From positions 5,183-69,182 of the forward strand of contig CACKXH010000002.1 of NCBI GenBank assembly GCA_902604005.1: a DNA stretch of 64,000 nt, read 5' to 3'. Position 1 is the first letter of the stretch, and the number at the start of each line of letters is the position of its first letter. A program made the translations under genes and the position numbers. The notes under the pieces are model-generated. The model was not told the DNA's origin and did no database searches. It saw nothing but the letters and a program-made list of their open reading frames with translations. Below, piece after piece: positions 46,158-55,635 of this stretch. The DNA is from an uncultured Pelagibacteraceae bacterium. Its GTDB lineage: Bacteria > Pseudomonadota > Alphaproteobacteria > Pelagibacterales > Pelagibacteraceae.

Positions 46158-47837
46158 TTAAGTTGTGGTTTTAACAGTTGTTCTTTTCATGATAAAAACT
46201 TGTTGAGCCATAGTCAAAACGTTATTTATAGTCCAGTAAATTACGAGCCCACTAGGAAATGGTGCAAGTATCACAGTCAAGAAAAGAGGAAAAAACATGA
46301 ATATTTTTGCTTGCATAGCATCAGTTGGTGCTGGATTCAACTTTTGCTGTACCCACATTGAAACTCCCATTGCAACAGGCCATGCCCCTATTACTAAGAA
46401 AGAAGGAACATCGTAAGGGAGTAAACCAAAAAGATTAAATAAGCTCGTGGGATCGCGTTCACTTAAATCATGAATCCATCCATAGAATGGCATTTGTCTC
46501 ATTTCAATTGTAACAAATAAAACTTTATACAAAGCAAAAAAAACAGGAATTTGAACCAATATAGGAAGACACCCAGACATTGGATTTACTTTTTCCTTTT
46601 TGTAAAGAGCCATCATTTCTTGCTGCAATTTCATTTTATCATTTTTATGAAGCTCCTTAAGTCTTACCATTTCAGGTTGAAGAGCTTTCATCTTTGCCAT
46701 GCTTCTAAATGAAAAATTAGCAAGAGGAAAAAAAGCTAATCGGATACAAATTGTAATGGCAATAATTGCTAAGCCATAATTTCCTAATAATTTAAAAAAG
46801 TAATCTATACCAAAGAAAAGGGGTTTTGTAATAAAGTATAAAAAACCCCAATCAATCACTAAATCGAATTTATCAATATTTAAAGATTTAGCATAACCAT
46901 CAATAATATCGACTCTCTTTGCAGCTACAATAATTTGTAATTTTTCCTCAACTTTACTTTTACCTTTCAACTCCAAAGGTTCAGTAGCTATGAAATTTGC
47001 TCTAAACTTTTTTTTGTAATCAAAGGTTGTTTTAAATTCTTTTTCTCTTGGTGGAATTAGTGAAGTGATCCAATACTTATCACCAATACCTAACCACCCT
47101 TTTTGAGAAGTTCTTGAAAACTTTTTTTCTTGAATATCATCATAATCTTCTTCAATTAATTCATCATCTAATGTGGCTATTAAACCTTCATGTAAAATAT
47201 AAAAATTTGAAATTTCAGGAATTTTATTTCTTATAATTTGACCATAAGAATAAAAATCATAATTATTATTAGTAGAGTTAATTACACTTTGTTTAATAGT
47301 GAATAAATATTTATCATCTAAAGATATTTCTTTTTCAAATACAATACCTTGATTATTAGCCCACGATAATTTTATTGGAGATTGATCAGTCAGTTTATCG
47401 TTACCAATAATCGACCATATAGAATCTGAATTAGGAATATCAATATTTTTGTTAGATGTTACGAAACCACTTTCTATCAAGTATCCATTTTTTACATTTC
47501 TTGGACTTAAAAGTTTAACTTTTTCATTACTTTCGAGAGTAGTATTATAATTCTTAAATGTTAAGTCATCTATAGCTGCACCTTTTAAGGATATTGAGCC
47601 AATAATACTTTGATTTTCAAATTGAATTCTTTGACTTTGTTTTAAAGCATCTTCTCTTGAAATTTCAATCAAAGTTTCTTTTTGATCTAAACTTGGAGTA
47701 TCATTATTTTGCTCTATTTTATTTTTTTCAGCTAAATTTTTTTTTGTAGTTGATTGTTCTGGTAAAAAGAATAATGAATATAGAACAATTACCGCTGACG
47801 ATAAGGCGATTGCTGCTATAATATTTTTAGTTTCCAT
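46158..47837 (-). CDS. yidC: Membrane protein insertase YidC
   Basis: IDWG, SMAKMKALQP, NPMSGCLPILVQIP, GLVIYW. Confidence 0.97.
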   Translation of the reverse strand: METKNIIAAIALSSAVIVLYSLFFLPEQSTTKKNLAEKNKIEQNNDTPSLDQKETLIEISREDALKQSQRIQFENQSIIGSISLKGAAIDDLTFKNYNTTLESNEKVKLLSPRNVKNGYLIESGFVTSNKNIDIPNSDSIWSIIGNDKLTDQSPIKLSWANNQGIVFEKEISLDDKYLFTIKQSVINSTNNNYDFYSYGQIIRNKIPEISNFYILHEGLIATLDDELIEEDYDDIQEKKFSRTSQKGWLGIGDKYWITSLIPPREKEFKTTFDYKKKFRANFIATEPLELKGKSKVEEKLQIIVAAKRVDIIDGYAKSLNIDKFDLVIDWGFLYFITKPLFFGIDYFFKLLGNYGLAIIAITICIRLAFFPLANFSFRSMAKMKALQPEMVRLKELHKNDKMKLQQEMMALYKKEKVNPMSGCLPILVQIPVFFALYKVLFVTIEMRQMPFYGWIHDLSERDPTSLFNLFGLLPYDVPSFLVIGAWPVAMGVSMWVQQKLNPAPTDAMQAKIFMFFPLFLTVILAPFPSGLVIYWTINNVLTMAQQVFIMKRTTVKTTT

Positions 47838-48088
47838 TATTTTTTGACTTTCGAATCTTTATTTACTGGATCAAAACCTTCTCCACCGCCTAAAATTTTA
47901 ATTGGATGACAAGATAAAATTCTTTTCAAGCTAAGATAAATACCTTTAATAAAACCAAATTCTTTTAACGCTTCAATACTATACTCAGAACAAGTTGGTA
48001 AATATCGGCAAGAATTACCAAGTAATGGGCTAATAAAAAATTTATATCCTTTAATTAGTTTTATTAAAATAATAGTGAAGACATTCAT
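47837..48088 (-). CDS. yidD: Membrane protein insertion efficiency factor
   Basis: [30 protein letters not shown]. Confidence 0.96.
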   Translation of the reverse strand: MNVFTIILIKLIKGYKFFISPLLGNSCRYLPTCSEYSIEALKEFGFIKGIYLSLKRILSCHPIKILGGGEGFDPVNKDSKVKK

Positions 48089-48429
48089 TATTTAATTTTC
48101 CTAAATTCTTGAAATAGAGTTTCTTTTATATTTTTAAATTCATTATTTAACATAGTTGGCTTAGCAATAACAAGGAAAGAAAAATTTAAATTAATTGAAA
48201 CTTTTTTTACCGCATCATTCATTATATTTCTAAGCCTTCTTTTTATCTTATTTCTCTTAACTGCATTACCCAATTTTTTCTTTGTGACAAAGCTTATATT
48301 TAATTGTTTATTATTCTTGTTATCTAAGTGACCAAAAAAAATAGTAACATATCTGTTGGAAACTTTTTTCTTTTTTAACAATTTTTTAAATTCTTCGTTT
48401 TTTGAAAGAGCAACTATTTTGCTTCTCAT
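48088..48429 (-). CDS. rnpA: Ribonuclease P protein component
   Basis: [18 protein letters not shown]; lies between rpmH and yidD. Confidence 0.95.
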   Translation of the reverse strand: MRSKIVALSKNEEFKKLLKKKKVSNRYVTIFFGHLDNKNNKQLNISFVTKKKLGNAVKRNKIKRRLRNIMNDAVKKVSINLNFSFLVIAKPTMLNNEFKNIKETLFQEFRKIK

Positions 48430-48433
48430 TAAT

Positions 48434-48574
48434 TTAACCAGATACAGTTAATGACTTTCTTCCTCTTGCTCTTCTCCTAGCTAAAAGCTTCTTTCCACCC
48501 TTAGTTTTCATTTTAGACCTAAAACCATGTTTTCTAGCTCTTTTAATTTTAGAAGGCTGATATGTTCTTTTCAT
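48434..48574 (-). CDS. rpmH: 50S ribosomal protein L34 (46 aa, not in ORF track)
   Basis: [46 protein letters not shown]. Confidence 0.98.
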   Translation of the reverse strand: MKRTYQPSKIKRARKHGFRSKMKTKGGKKLLARRRARGRKSLTVSG

Positions 48575-48666
48575 AATTGCGGTTAAATTTTTATTAAATT
48601 TCGCTCTTTATAGTAATTAAATATATAAATAGCAAATAGAAGATTTTATAAATACGATAACTAATA

Positions 48667-49389
48667 ATGGAAAAAGCTAAAAAATATAAATTATTCATAG
48701 GTTTAACCTATTTAATTTTGCTATCTGTATTTTTATTTTTGTTTTTTTCAAAATTTAGTCTTCAAGAAATTACATCTTATGACTTTATAAAAAAAAATAG
48801 ATCATATTTCTTTGATCTTAAAAACTCTAATTTATTTTTTGTTTTCTTAATTTTTTTAATTTCAACAATATTGTGGGTATTCCCATTTTTGGGATTTGGA
48901 TCACCTATAGCTCTTATAGGTGGTTTTATTTTCGGTAAATGGATAGGAACTATTGCAGTTGTTTTAGGCTTAAGTATAGGTGCAACTTTTTTATATATCT
49001 TTGGTAATTATTTTTTAAAAGATTTTGTTAGGGAAAAATTTTTAGATAAGTATAAAAAACTTGAGATTAAATTTAAGGACTCAGAGTTTATATATTTATT
49101 AGTATATCGATTTATAGGGGGTATCCCTTGGCAACTCAGTTGTCTTTTGCCTACAATCTTTAATGTTAAAATAAGGAACTTTTTCTTTGCAACTTTGATT
49201 GGTATAATTCCTCAAATTTTTTTAGCAGTTTCTATAGGAAGTGGGTTAGAAAAAGTTATAGATCAAAATTCAGAAATTCCTAAAATCACTGATATAATTT
49301 TTTCTCCAGATGTATATATTCCAATTTTAGCTTTTTTAACTTTAATCTTAATAACAATATTTCTTAGAAAATTATTTTATAAAAGTTAA
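48667..49389 (+). CDS. TVP38/TMEM64 (DedA/VTT) family membrane protein
   Basis: GGFIFGKWIG...GAT, RFIGGIP, FFFATLIGIIP. Confidence 0.88.
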   Translation: MEKAKKYKLFIGLTYLILLSVFLFLFFSKFSLQEITSYDFIKKNRSYFFDLKNSNLFFVFLIFLISTILWVFPFLGFGSPIALIGGFIFGKWIGTIAVVLGLSIGATFLYIFGNYFLKDFVREKFLDKYKKLEIKFKDSEFIYLLVYRFIGGIPWQLSCLLPTIFNVKIRNFFFATLIGIIPQIFLAVSIGSGLEKVIDQNSEIPKITDIIFSPDVYIPILAFLTLILITIFLRKLFYKS

Positions 49390-49463
49390 TGGTGCTCCCA
49401 CCCTGTACTGACCAGGGAACTAGTCCTTACCAAGGACTTGTTATGCCATTTAACTACAGGAGC
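49390..49463 (-). tRNA. tRNA-Thr(GGT) with atypical T-loop
   Basis: GCTCCTG/TGGGAGC acceptor, D-stem GTTA/TAAC, AGTCC-TTGGTAA-GGACT, CCCTG-GTCAGTA-CAGGG, ACCA. Confidence 0.9.
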
Positions 49464-49563
49464 AAATATTAAAAATTGTATTTTATGAATAATAAAGCAT
49501 TTTTTACAAATTATTGCCTTAATTTTTTGTCCAATATGATTTATATCTAACCAGGGAAATTTT

Positions 49564-49764
49564 ATGGGCATTCATTACGATTACAAATCTACAAAAAGTG
49601 CAAAGCTGATGGAAAAGCAAGCTAAAAGAGAAAGAAAACTTGCTGAAAAAAAAGCTAAACGAGAAGCTAAAGAAGGCCATAAAAAAGAAGAGTCTAAGGC
49701 AAAGACTTTAGACGCTTCTAAACCAATTACATTAGATTTTCTTACCAACCCTAATAAAGAATGA
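49564..49764 (+). CDS. Small Lys/Glu/Ala-rich hypothetical protein (66 aa)
   Basis: AGGGA SD-like motif upstream; helical charged sequence; ATGA overlap with next small ORF. Confidence 0.75.
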   Translation: MGIHYDYKSTKSAKLMEKQAKRERKLAEKKAKREAKEGHKKEESKAKTLDASKPITLDFLTNPNKE

Positions 49765-49862
49765 ATTCAAAAGATAAAAACGAACGTTTAAGTTTAGCTT
49801 TAAAAAAAAATTTAAAAAAAAGAAAAATTTTTCAAAAAAAAACAAAAAAGAAAACTAAATAA
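49761..49862 (+). CDS. Very small basic protein (33 aa, not in ORF track)
   Basis: [33 protein letters not shown]; ATGA overlap upstream and TAATG overlap with dcd. Confidence 0.7.
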   Translation: MNSKDKNERLSLALKKNLKKRKIFQKKTKKKTK

Positions 49863-50416
49863 TGTCAGTCCTTTCAGATAAATGGATTAGAAAAATGTCT
49901 AAAGAACAAGATATGATTTCTCCTTTTGAAGATAAACAGATTAGAGGTCACAGTATTTCATATGGATTATCTTCTTTTGGTTATGATGCTAGAGTTTCTA
50001 ATGAATTTAAGATATTCACTAATGTAAATTCTGAAATAGTTGATCCCAAAAATTTTAAACCGACAAATTTTGTTACTAAAAATGTTTCAGAGTGCATCAT
50101 ACCACCTAACTCATTTGTGTTAGCTCGAACTGTTGAAAGATTTAAAATTCCTAATGATGTTCTGGTTATTTGCCTTGGTAAATCAACATATGCAAGATGT
50201 GGAATTATTGTAAATGTAACACCTTTAGAGCCAGGTTGGGAAGGACATGTAACACTGGAATTTTCTAATACCACACCTTTGCCAGCAAAAATTTATGCAA
50301 ATGAGGGTGTTGCACAATTCATTTTTTTAAAAGGAAATGAGAAACCAGAGGTAACTTATGCTGATAGAGATGGAAAGTATATGGGACAAACTGGAGTAAC
50401 TTTACCCAAAGTTTAA
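49862..50416 (+). CDS. dcd: dCTP deaminase
   Basis: [33 protein letters not shown]. Confidence 0.97.
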   Translation: MSVLSDKWIRKMSKEQDMISPFEDKQIRGHSISYGLSSFGYDARVSNEFKIFTNVNSEIVDPKNFKPTNFVTKNVSECIIPPNSFVLARTVERFKIPNDVLVICLGKSTYARCGIIVNVTPLEPGWEGHVTLEFSNTTPLPAKIYANEGVAQFIFLKGNEKPEVTYADRDGKYMGQTGVTLPKV

Positions 50417-50418
50417 CT

Positions 50419-51672
50419 ATGCAAAAATTAGAAGTCTTAGGAGCAAATAAGCTCAAAGGACAAATAAATATATCAGGTTCAAAAAATGCTTCCTTGCCTA
50501 TTTTAGCTGCAACTTTGCTATCTCATAAAAAAGTTTATTTAAACAATCTTCCAAATGTAAAAGATATTGAGACAATGATTAATTTACTACAATCATTAGG
50601 ATCAAAGATAAAGTTTAATAAAAAAAAACTTATAATTGATAATTCCAAACAAAATAAAAAATTTGCTTCATATAATTTGGTTAAAACTATGCGAGCTGGA
50701 ATAATTGTTTTGGGACCTTTACTTGCGAAGTTTGGTAATGCAAAAGTTTCTCTTCCTGGTGGTTGTGCGATAGGTTCAAGACCAGTAGATATTCATTTAA
50801 AAGCACTTTCAAAACTTGGTGTTAAATATAAAATTATGCAAGGTTATGTTCACGCAACAGCACCAAAAGGTTTAATAGGTTCTAAAATTCATTTCCCAAA
50901 AATTTCAGTAGGAGCCACTGAAAATTTAATTATTGCAGCAAGTTTAGCGAAAGGAACTACTATTTTAAATAATTGTGCAATTGAGCCTGAAATTAAAGAT
51001 TTAGTTAATTTTTTAATTTCGATTGGATGTAATATAAGCTGGGTTTCAAAACGTTCTCTTAAAATTATTGGCGTAACAGAAATCAAGGAAACAACTTATT
51101 CAGTAATGTTTGATAGAATTGAGGCTGGTACTTATCTAATAGCAGCAGCTATTACTGAAGGGAACTTAAAGATTAGAAATGTAATACCAAATATTATTAA
51201 AACAGAAATCGATATTTTAAGAAAGATAGGAGCAAAAATTAGTATTAAAAAAAATGAAATCCGTATTAAAGGGAACAAAAAAATTAAAAATATAAATATA
51301 AAAACTGCACCTTATCCAGGATTTCCAACTGATCTGCAAGCTCAGATAATGGCGCTGTTATGTAAAGCAAGTAAAAAATCTGTGATTAAAGAAGATATTT
51401 TTGAAAACAGGTTTATGCACGTTGCAGAATTAAATCGAATGGGAGCTCAAATTTCTACCATCGGTAATAAAGCATTAATAAAAGGAAATACAAAATTTGC
51501 TGCTGCTGAATTGATGGCAACAGATTTAAGGGCTTCAGTATCATTAGTTTTAGCTGCATTAAGTACAAAAGGAAAATCTGTAATTAATAGAATTTATCAT
51601 TTAGACCGAGGTTATGAGAACATAGAAAAAAAACTGAAAATGGTTGGAGCAAAGATTAGAAGAGTAAGCTAA
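50419..51672 (+). CDS. murA: UDP-N-acetylglucosamine 1-carboxyvinyltransferase
   Basis: SGSKNA, PGGCAIGSRPVDIH, PYPGFPTDLQAQ, LDRGYE. Confidence 0.98.
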   Translation: MQKLEVLGANKLKGQINISGSKNASLPILAATLLSHKKVYLNNLPNVKDIETMINLLQSLGSKIKFNKKKLIIDNSKQNKKFASYNLVKTMRAGIIVLGPLLAKFGNAKVSLPGGCAIGSRPVDIHLKALSKLGVKYKIMQGYVHATAPKGLIGSKIHFPKISVGATENLIIAASLAKGTTILNNCAIEPEIKDLVNFLISIGCNISWVSKRSLKIIGVTEIKETTYSVMFDRIEAGTYLIAAAITEGNLKIRNVIPNIIKTEIDILRKIGAKISIKKNEIRIKGNKKIKNINIKTAPYPGFPTDLQAQIMALLCKASKKSVIKEDIFENRFMHVAELNRMGAQISTIGNKALIKGNTKFAAAELMATDLRASVSLVLAALSTKGKSVINRIYHLDRGYENIEKKLKMVGAKIRRVS

Positions 51673-52070
51673 TGGATAAGAAATATTTGGCACAAATAAT
51701 TGCTACAGATAGTGAGGGTTTACAAATGATCTCAGCTTGCACTGCTGGTGCAAAAGTTAAAGTTGTAGATATAAAATATCTAGCAACTAATAAAGTTTTT
51801 TTAATATCAATTGAGAGAACTAAAATTGAAATAGATCAAAAAAATAAAAAAATTAATAGTATTTGTAGGTTTGATTTTGTTGATAAAGTCAAATCTAAAA
51901 ATATTGATCAAAAAAATAATGAATTAACTTTAGAATTAATAGCTATAGATTATTTGAAAAATAAAGATGATTATGAAATAAATTTAATTTTTAGTAATAA
52001 TTCTTACATTGCTTTGACTACTGAAACAATTGAAGTAAGACTTGAAGATCAAAATGAAATTAGAGAATAA
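51672..52070 (+). CDS. DUF2948 family protein
   Basis: ATDSEGLQMISA...IEVRLED; typical alphaproteobacterial position between murA and hisD. Confidence 0.85.
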   Translation: MDKKYLAQIIATDSEGLQMISACTAGAKVKVVDIKYLATNKVFLISIERTKIEIDQKNKKINSICRFDFVDKVKSKNIDQKNNELTLELIAIDYLKNKDDYEINLIFSNNSYIALTTETIEVRLEDQNEIRE

Positions 52071-53353
52071 TGAAAATATTAAATAGTAAAAGTAAAAATT
52101 TTGAAAAAACTCTAGATAGTTCTTTTTTACAAAGAAAGAAAAGAGCTTATTTTAATTCAATTTCTGTTTTAAAAATAATTAAAGATGTAAAAAAAAATGG
52201 AGATAAAGCTTTACTAAAATATGAAAAAAAATTTAACAAAAATAAAATAATTATACCTAGTTCTAAGCAGATTTCTAAATTAATAAAAGTTCTTGATAAA
52301 AAAGTTAAAAATGCAATTGATCTTGCATATAAGAGGATTTATAAATTTCACTCTCTTCAAAAATTTAATGATATCTCATATACAGATAAGTTACAGAATA
52401 AATTAGAATACAAATACCTTCCAATTGAGTCTGTTGCAATTTATGTACCTGGTTCAACTGCATCATACCCTTCTACCGTTTTAATGAATGCTATTCCAGC
52501 AATTGTTGCAGGCGTCAAAAGAATTATAATGATTAATCCTGGTTTGAAAGGAAAACAAAATCCAGCTGTTTTATATGCTGCTCGTAAATGTAAAATAAAA
52601 GAAATTTATTCAATTGGTGGGCCATCAGCTATAGCAGCTGCAGCTTATGGAACAAAAAAAATTAAAAAGGTAAATAAAATTGTAGGACCTGGTAACGTTT
52701 ATGTGGCTGCTGCTAAGAAAGAAGTTTTTGGTGATGTTGGAATTGAAGGAATGATAGCCGGACCATCAGAGGTAACTATTGTGTGTGATAAATTTTCAAA
52801 TCCTGAATGGGTTGCGAGTGATTTAATTGCTCAAGCAGAGCATGATAATCTTGCTCAGTGTATTTTAATTTCAAAAGATAAGAAGCTAATAAAAAAAGTT
52901 AAAATTGAAATTCTTAAACAATTAAAAGAAATTCCAAGGACATCTATTGCAAAACAAAGTTTGATGAATAACGGAATTTTAATTCATATAAATTCAGATA
53001 AAAAGATAATTGATGTTGTCAACAGAATTGCACCGGAACATTTAGAGCTTAATGTTAAAAATTATAAATCTTTTGTTTCAAAAATTAGAAATTCAGGATC
53101 AATTTGTTTAGGAAAATATGCAGTCATGGCAATGACTGATTATAATATAGGTACTAACCATGTGCTGCCTACAAATGGCTCTGCTAAGTATTCTAGTGGG
53201 ATTAGTGTAAATGAATTTTATAAAAGAATTTCATATATAAACTTAACAAAAAAGGGTATTGAAAGTCTTGGACCATCAGTTATAACTCTTGCAAATTATG
53301 AAGGGTTAGCAGGACATGCTCAATCTGTAAAAAAAAGAATTAGGAGAAAATAA
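52070..53353 (+). CDS. hisD: Histidinol dehydrogenase
   Basis: [35 protein letters not shown]. Confidence 0.97.
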   Translation: MKILNSKSKNFEKTLDSSFLQRKKRAYFNSISVLKIIKDVKKNGDKALLKYEKKFNKNKIIIPSSKQISKLIKVLDKKVKNAIDLAYKRIYKFHSLQKFNDISYTDKLQNKLEYKYLPIESVAIYVPGSTASYPSTVLMNAIPAIVAGVKRIIMINPGLKGKQNPAVLYAARKCKIKEIYSIGGPSAIAAAAYGTKKIKKVNKIVGPGNVYVAAAKKEVFGDVGIEGMIAGPSEVTIVCDKFSNPEWVASDLIAQAEHDNLAQCILISKDKKLIKKVKIEILKQLKEIPRTSIAKQSLMNNGILIHINSDKKIIDVVNRIAPEHLELNVKNYKSFVSKIRNSGSICLGKYAVMAMTDYNIGTNHVLPTNGSAKYSSGISVNEFYKRISYINLTKKGIESLGPSVITLANYEGLAGHAQSVKKRIRRK

Positions 53354-53355
53354 AT

Positions 53356-53571
53356 TTGTCAAAACAAGACTTACTGGAGTTCAAAGGCAAAGTTACAGAC
53401 TTATTACCTAACGCTATGTTTAGAGTACAATTAGAAAATGGTCATGTTGTTACTGCTCATACAGCAGGTAAGTTGAGAAAGAATAGAATTAGAGTATTGC
53501 AAGGTGATAATGTTACTGTTGAGATGACGCCTTATGACCTTACAAAAGGCAGAATAATCTTTAGAGGTTAA
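53356..53571 (+). CDS. infA: Translation initiation factor IF-1 (TTG start)
   Basis: [33 protein letters not shown]; AGGAG SD. Confidence 0.98.
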   Translation: MSKQDLLEFKGKVTDLLPNAMFRVQLENGHVVTAHTAGKLRKNRIRVLQGDNVTVEMTPYDLTKGRIIFRG

Positions 53572-53577
53572 TCTTTT

Positions 53578-53652
53578 GCCTCGGTAGCTCAGGAGTAGAG
53601 CAGAGCCCTGAAAAGGCTTGTGTCGGAGGTGCGAATCCTTCCCGAGGCACCA
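53578..53652 (+). tRNA. tRNA-Phe(GAA) with TGC T-loop
   Basis: GCCTCGG/CCGAGGC acceptor, GCTC/GAGC D-stem, GAGCC-CTGAAAA-GGCTT, GGAGG-TGCGAAT-CCTTC, ACCA. Confidence 0.95.
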
Positions 53653-53726
53653 TCAAATATCTTGAAATTCATCAAAAAAAAATTAACTTCTATAAATAAT
53701 AAACAAACATAGGACTAAGAAATAAG

Positions 53727-53939
53727 ATGAGTACATTAAAAGGAACAGTAAAATGGTTCAATGGCAAAAAAGGATTTGGGTTCATTGAAAGAGAAGATAA
53801 GGAAAAAGATGCTTTTGTTCATGCTAGTGCAGTTAAAGCAGCTGGCATGAGATATCTTAATGAAGGAGATAAACTAGAATTTACTCTAGAAGATGGTCCA
53901 AAAGGCCCGTCAGCAGTAAATTTAAAAAAAATAGATTAG
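53727..53939 (+). CDS. Cold-shock domain protein
   Basis: GTVKWFN, KGFGFI (RNP1), FVH (RNP2), GPKGPSA. Confidence 0.97.
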   Translation: MSTLKGTVKWFNGKKGFGFIEREDKEKDAFVHASAVKAAGMRYLNEGDKLEFTLEDGPKGPSAVNLKKID

Positions 53940-53952
53940 TTTAAAAAATTCT

Positions 53953-53995
53953 AAAAGGACGTTTTTTAACAAATTAAAAGACGTCCTTTTCTTTT
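53953..53995 (+). terminator. Rho-independent terminator after the csp gene
   Basis: AAAAGGACGTTTTTTAA-CAAA-TTAAAAGACGTCCTTTT hairpin followed by CTTTT. Confidence 0.85.
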
Positions 53996-54035
53996 ATGGG
54001 TTGAATAATCTCAATTTTTGTCTAAAAGACTGATC

Positions 54036-54115
54036 ATGATTATAAATATTACATTTAGAGTAATTTCAAACAGTTCTCACAGAATCTGTTTCCATAGCCT
54101 ATAGGCTATTTATTT
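54036..54115 (+). promoter_or_regulatory. Candidate leader peptide with two hairpins (possible attenuator)
   Basis: ORF 54036-54104 MIINITFRVISNSSHRICFHSL*; hairpin AAACAGTTCT-CAC-AGAATCTGTTT; perfect palindrome ATAGCCTATAGGCTAT (54094-54109) then TTATTT. Confidence 0.4.
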
Positions 54116-54161
54116 ATAATATAATTTTAATCCACACTAAAATAATATAAAAACAAGGAAT

Positions 54162-54236
54162 GCCTGGGTGGTGTAACGGTTAGCACGAAAGTTTGTGGAA
54201 CTTTAAGTTTGAGTTCGATTCTCAGCCCGGGTACCA
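54162..54236 (+). tRNA. tRNA-His(GTG) lacking encoded G-1, with A73
   Basis: GCCTGGG/CCCGGGT acceptor, AAAGT-TTGTGGA-ACTTT, TTGAG-TTCGATT-CTCAG, ACCA; base at -1 is T. Confidence 0.95.
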
Positions 54237-54240
54237 AAAA

Positions 54241-55635
54241 ATGAATAAAGAAAATAAACTAGTTCCTGGATTACCTCCAGGATTTGAAGATCGTTGGGAT
54301 AAAAAAATTCTTCTCAAAAAAAAGCTTTTAGAAGCTATCGAGAATAATTTTATAAATTTCGGAGCAGAAGCTCTAGAAACTCCTTCGTTCGAAATCGCAG
54401 AAAATATTGGATCTTTTTTGGCAGAAGATGAATCTAATCCTATGTCTGATGTATTCTCATTTAAGGATGGAGACAAAAATATAACTCTTCGTTATGATCT
54501 TTCGAGTCCTCTAGCAAGATTTTATGCTCAAAACAACCAGGAACTTCCATCAATCTTCAAGCGATATCAAATTCAAAATGTGTTCAGAAATGAAAAAGCT
54601 GGAAATGGTAGATATAGAGAATTTATGCAAGCAGATTTTGATATTGTTGGAAATGTTAATCCTGCACAAGCAAATGCAGAGCTTTGTAATTTAATATCAA
54701 GCACACTAGCAGATTGTGGATTAAAAAAAGATCAATTTACAATTAATGTGAGTAATAGGAAAATAGTTCAGGGTTTAATTGATGATTTAAAGATTTCTAA
54801 GGAAAAACAAACAAAAGTTATTAGAGCAATTGATAAACTCGACAAGCCTGGTTTTGGATTAAGGGGAGTTGAAGATTTACTTAAAAAAGAAAGAAAAGAT
54901 CAAAGTGGAGCTATTACTAAAGGAGCTGATTTAAGCAATGAACAGGCAGCACAAATATTAAATTTTCTAAAAATAAAAGATTTAAAAAAATTAAAAGAAA
55001 CTTTAAAAAATCCATTATCTCAAGAAGGAATCAAAGAATTAGAGGATGTATATCAAGTACTTGGATATGGTTCAAATTTAAATCAAATTAAAACAAATTT
55101 TACGATTGTGAGAGGGCTCTCGTATTATGATTCATTTATAGTCGAAACAAATTTAAATTTCAAAGTGACTAATAACAAAGGTAAGGAAATTGAATTAGGT
55201 AGTATTTGTTCAGGAGGATCGTACGCCAAACTTATTTCGAGGTTTAGAGGTGTGGATGTTCCTGGGACTGGAATTAGTTTTGGTGTGGACAGGTTGTTAT
55301 TTGCATTAATGCAGTTAAATCAAATTCAAGTAGAAGACCAAAAACCAGTTTTAGTTTGTGTCATGGATGAAAAATACTTAAAGAATTATTATGAAATTGT
55401 TGATCAATTAAGAGAAAATAATATAAATGCAGAAGTTTTTTTAAATACTAAAAAAAATCTTGGTAAACAACTCGATTTAGCAAACAAGCGTAAATTAGCA
55501 GTAGCAATTATTTGTGGGGAAAATGAGTTTAATGATAATACTGTTACAATTAAAAACCTTAAAGGTGTTAAGGGTGAAAATAACCAAACAATTCCGAAGT
55601 CAAACTTAATAAATGAAATCAAAAAAATTATCTGA
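54241..55635 (+). CDS. hisS: Histidine--tRNA ligase (start moved to ATG 54241)
   Basis: PPGFED, LRYDL, FRNEKAGNGRYREFMQADFD, VRGLSYY, GISFGVDRL. Confidence 0.96.
   Translation: MNKENKLVPGLPPGFEDRWDKKILLKKKLLEAIENNFINFGAEALETPSFEIAENIGSFLAEDESNPMSDVFSFKDGDKNITLRYDLSSPLARFYAQNNQELPSIFKRYQIQNVFRNEKAGNGRYREFMQADFDIVGNVNPAQANAELCNLISSTLADCGLKKDQFTINVSNRKIVQGLIDDLKISKEKQTKVIRAIDKLDKPGFGLRGVEDLLKKERKDQSGAITKGADLSNEQAAQILNFLKIKDLKKLKETLKNPLSQEGIKELEDVYQVLGYGSNLNQIKTNFTIVRGLSYYDSFIVETNLNFKVTNNKGKEIELGSICSGGSYAKLISRFRGVDVPGTGISFGVDRLLFALMQLNQIQVEDQKPVLVCVMDEKYLKNYYEIVDQLRENNINAEVFLNTKKNLGKQLDLANKRKLAVAIICGENEFNDNTVTIKNLKGVKGENNQTIPKSNLINEIKKII

Noticed and set aside
49386-49571. 61 aa minus-strand ORF
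   Set aside because: It overlaps the whole tRNA-Thr and has no recognisable protein features
54155-54183. AAGGA followed by ATG just before tRNA-His, opening a 7-codon ORF
   Set aside because: It lies within the tRNA and the SD spacing is too short; likely chance
54193-54240. ORF-track N-terminal extension of hisS
   Set aside because: It runs through tRNA-His; ATG at 54241 gives a normal HisS N-terminus
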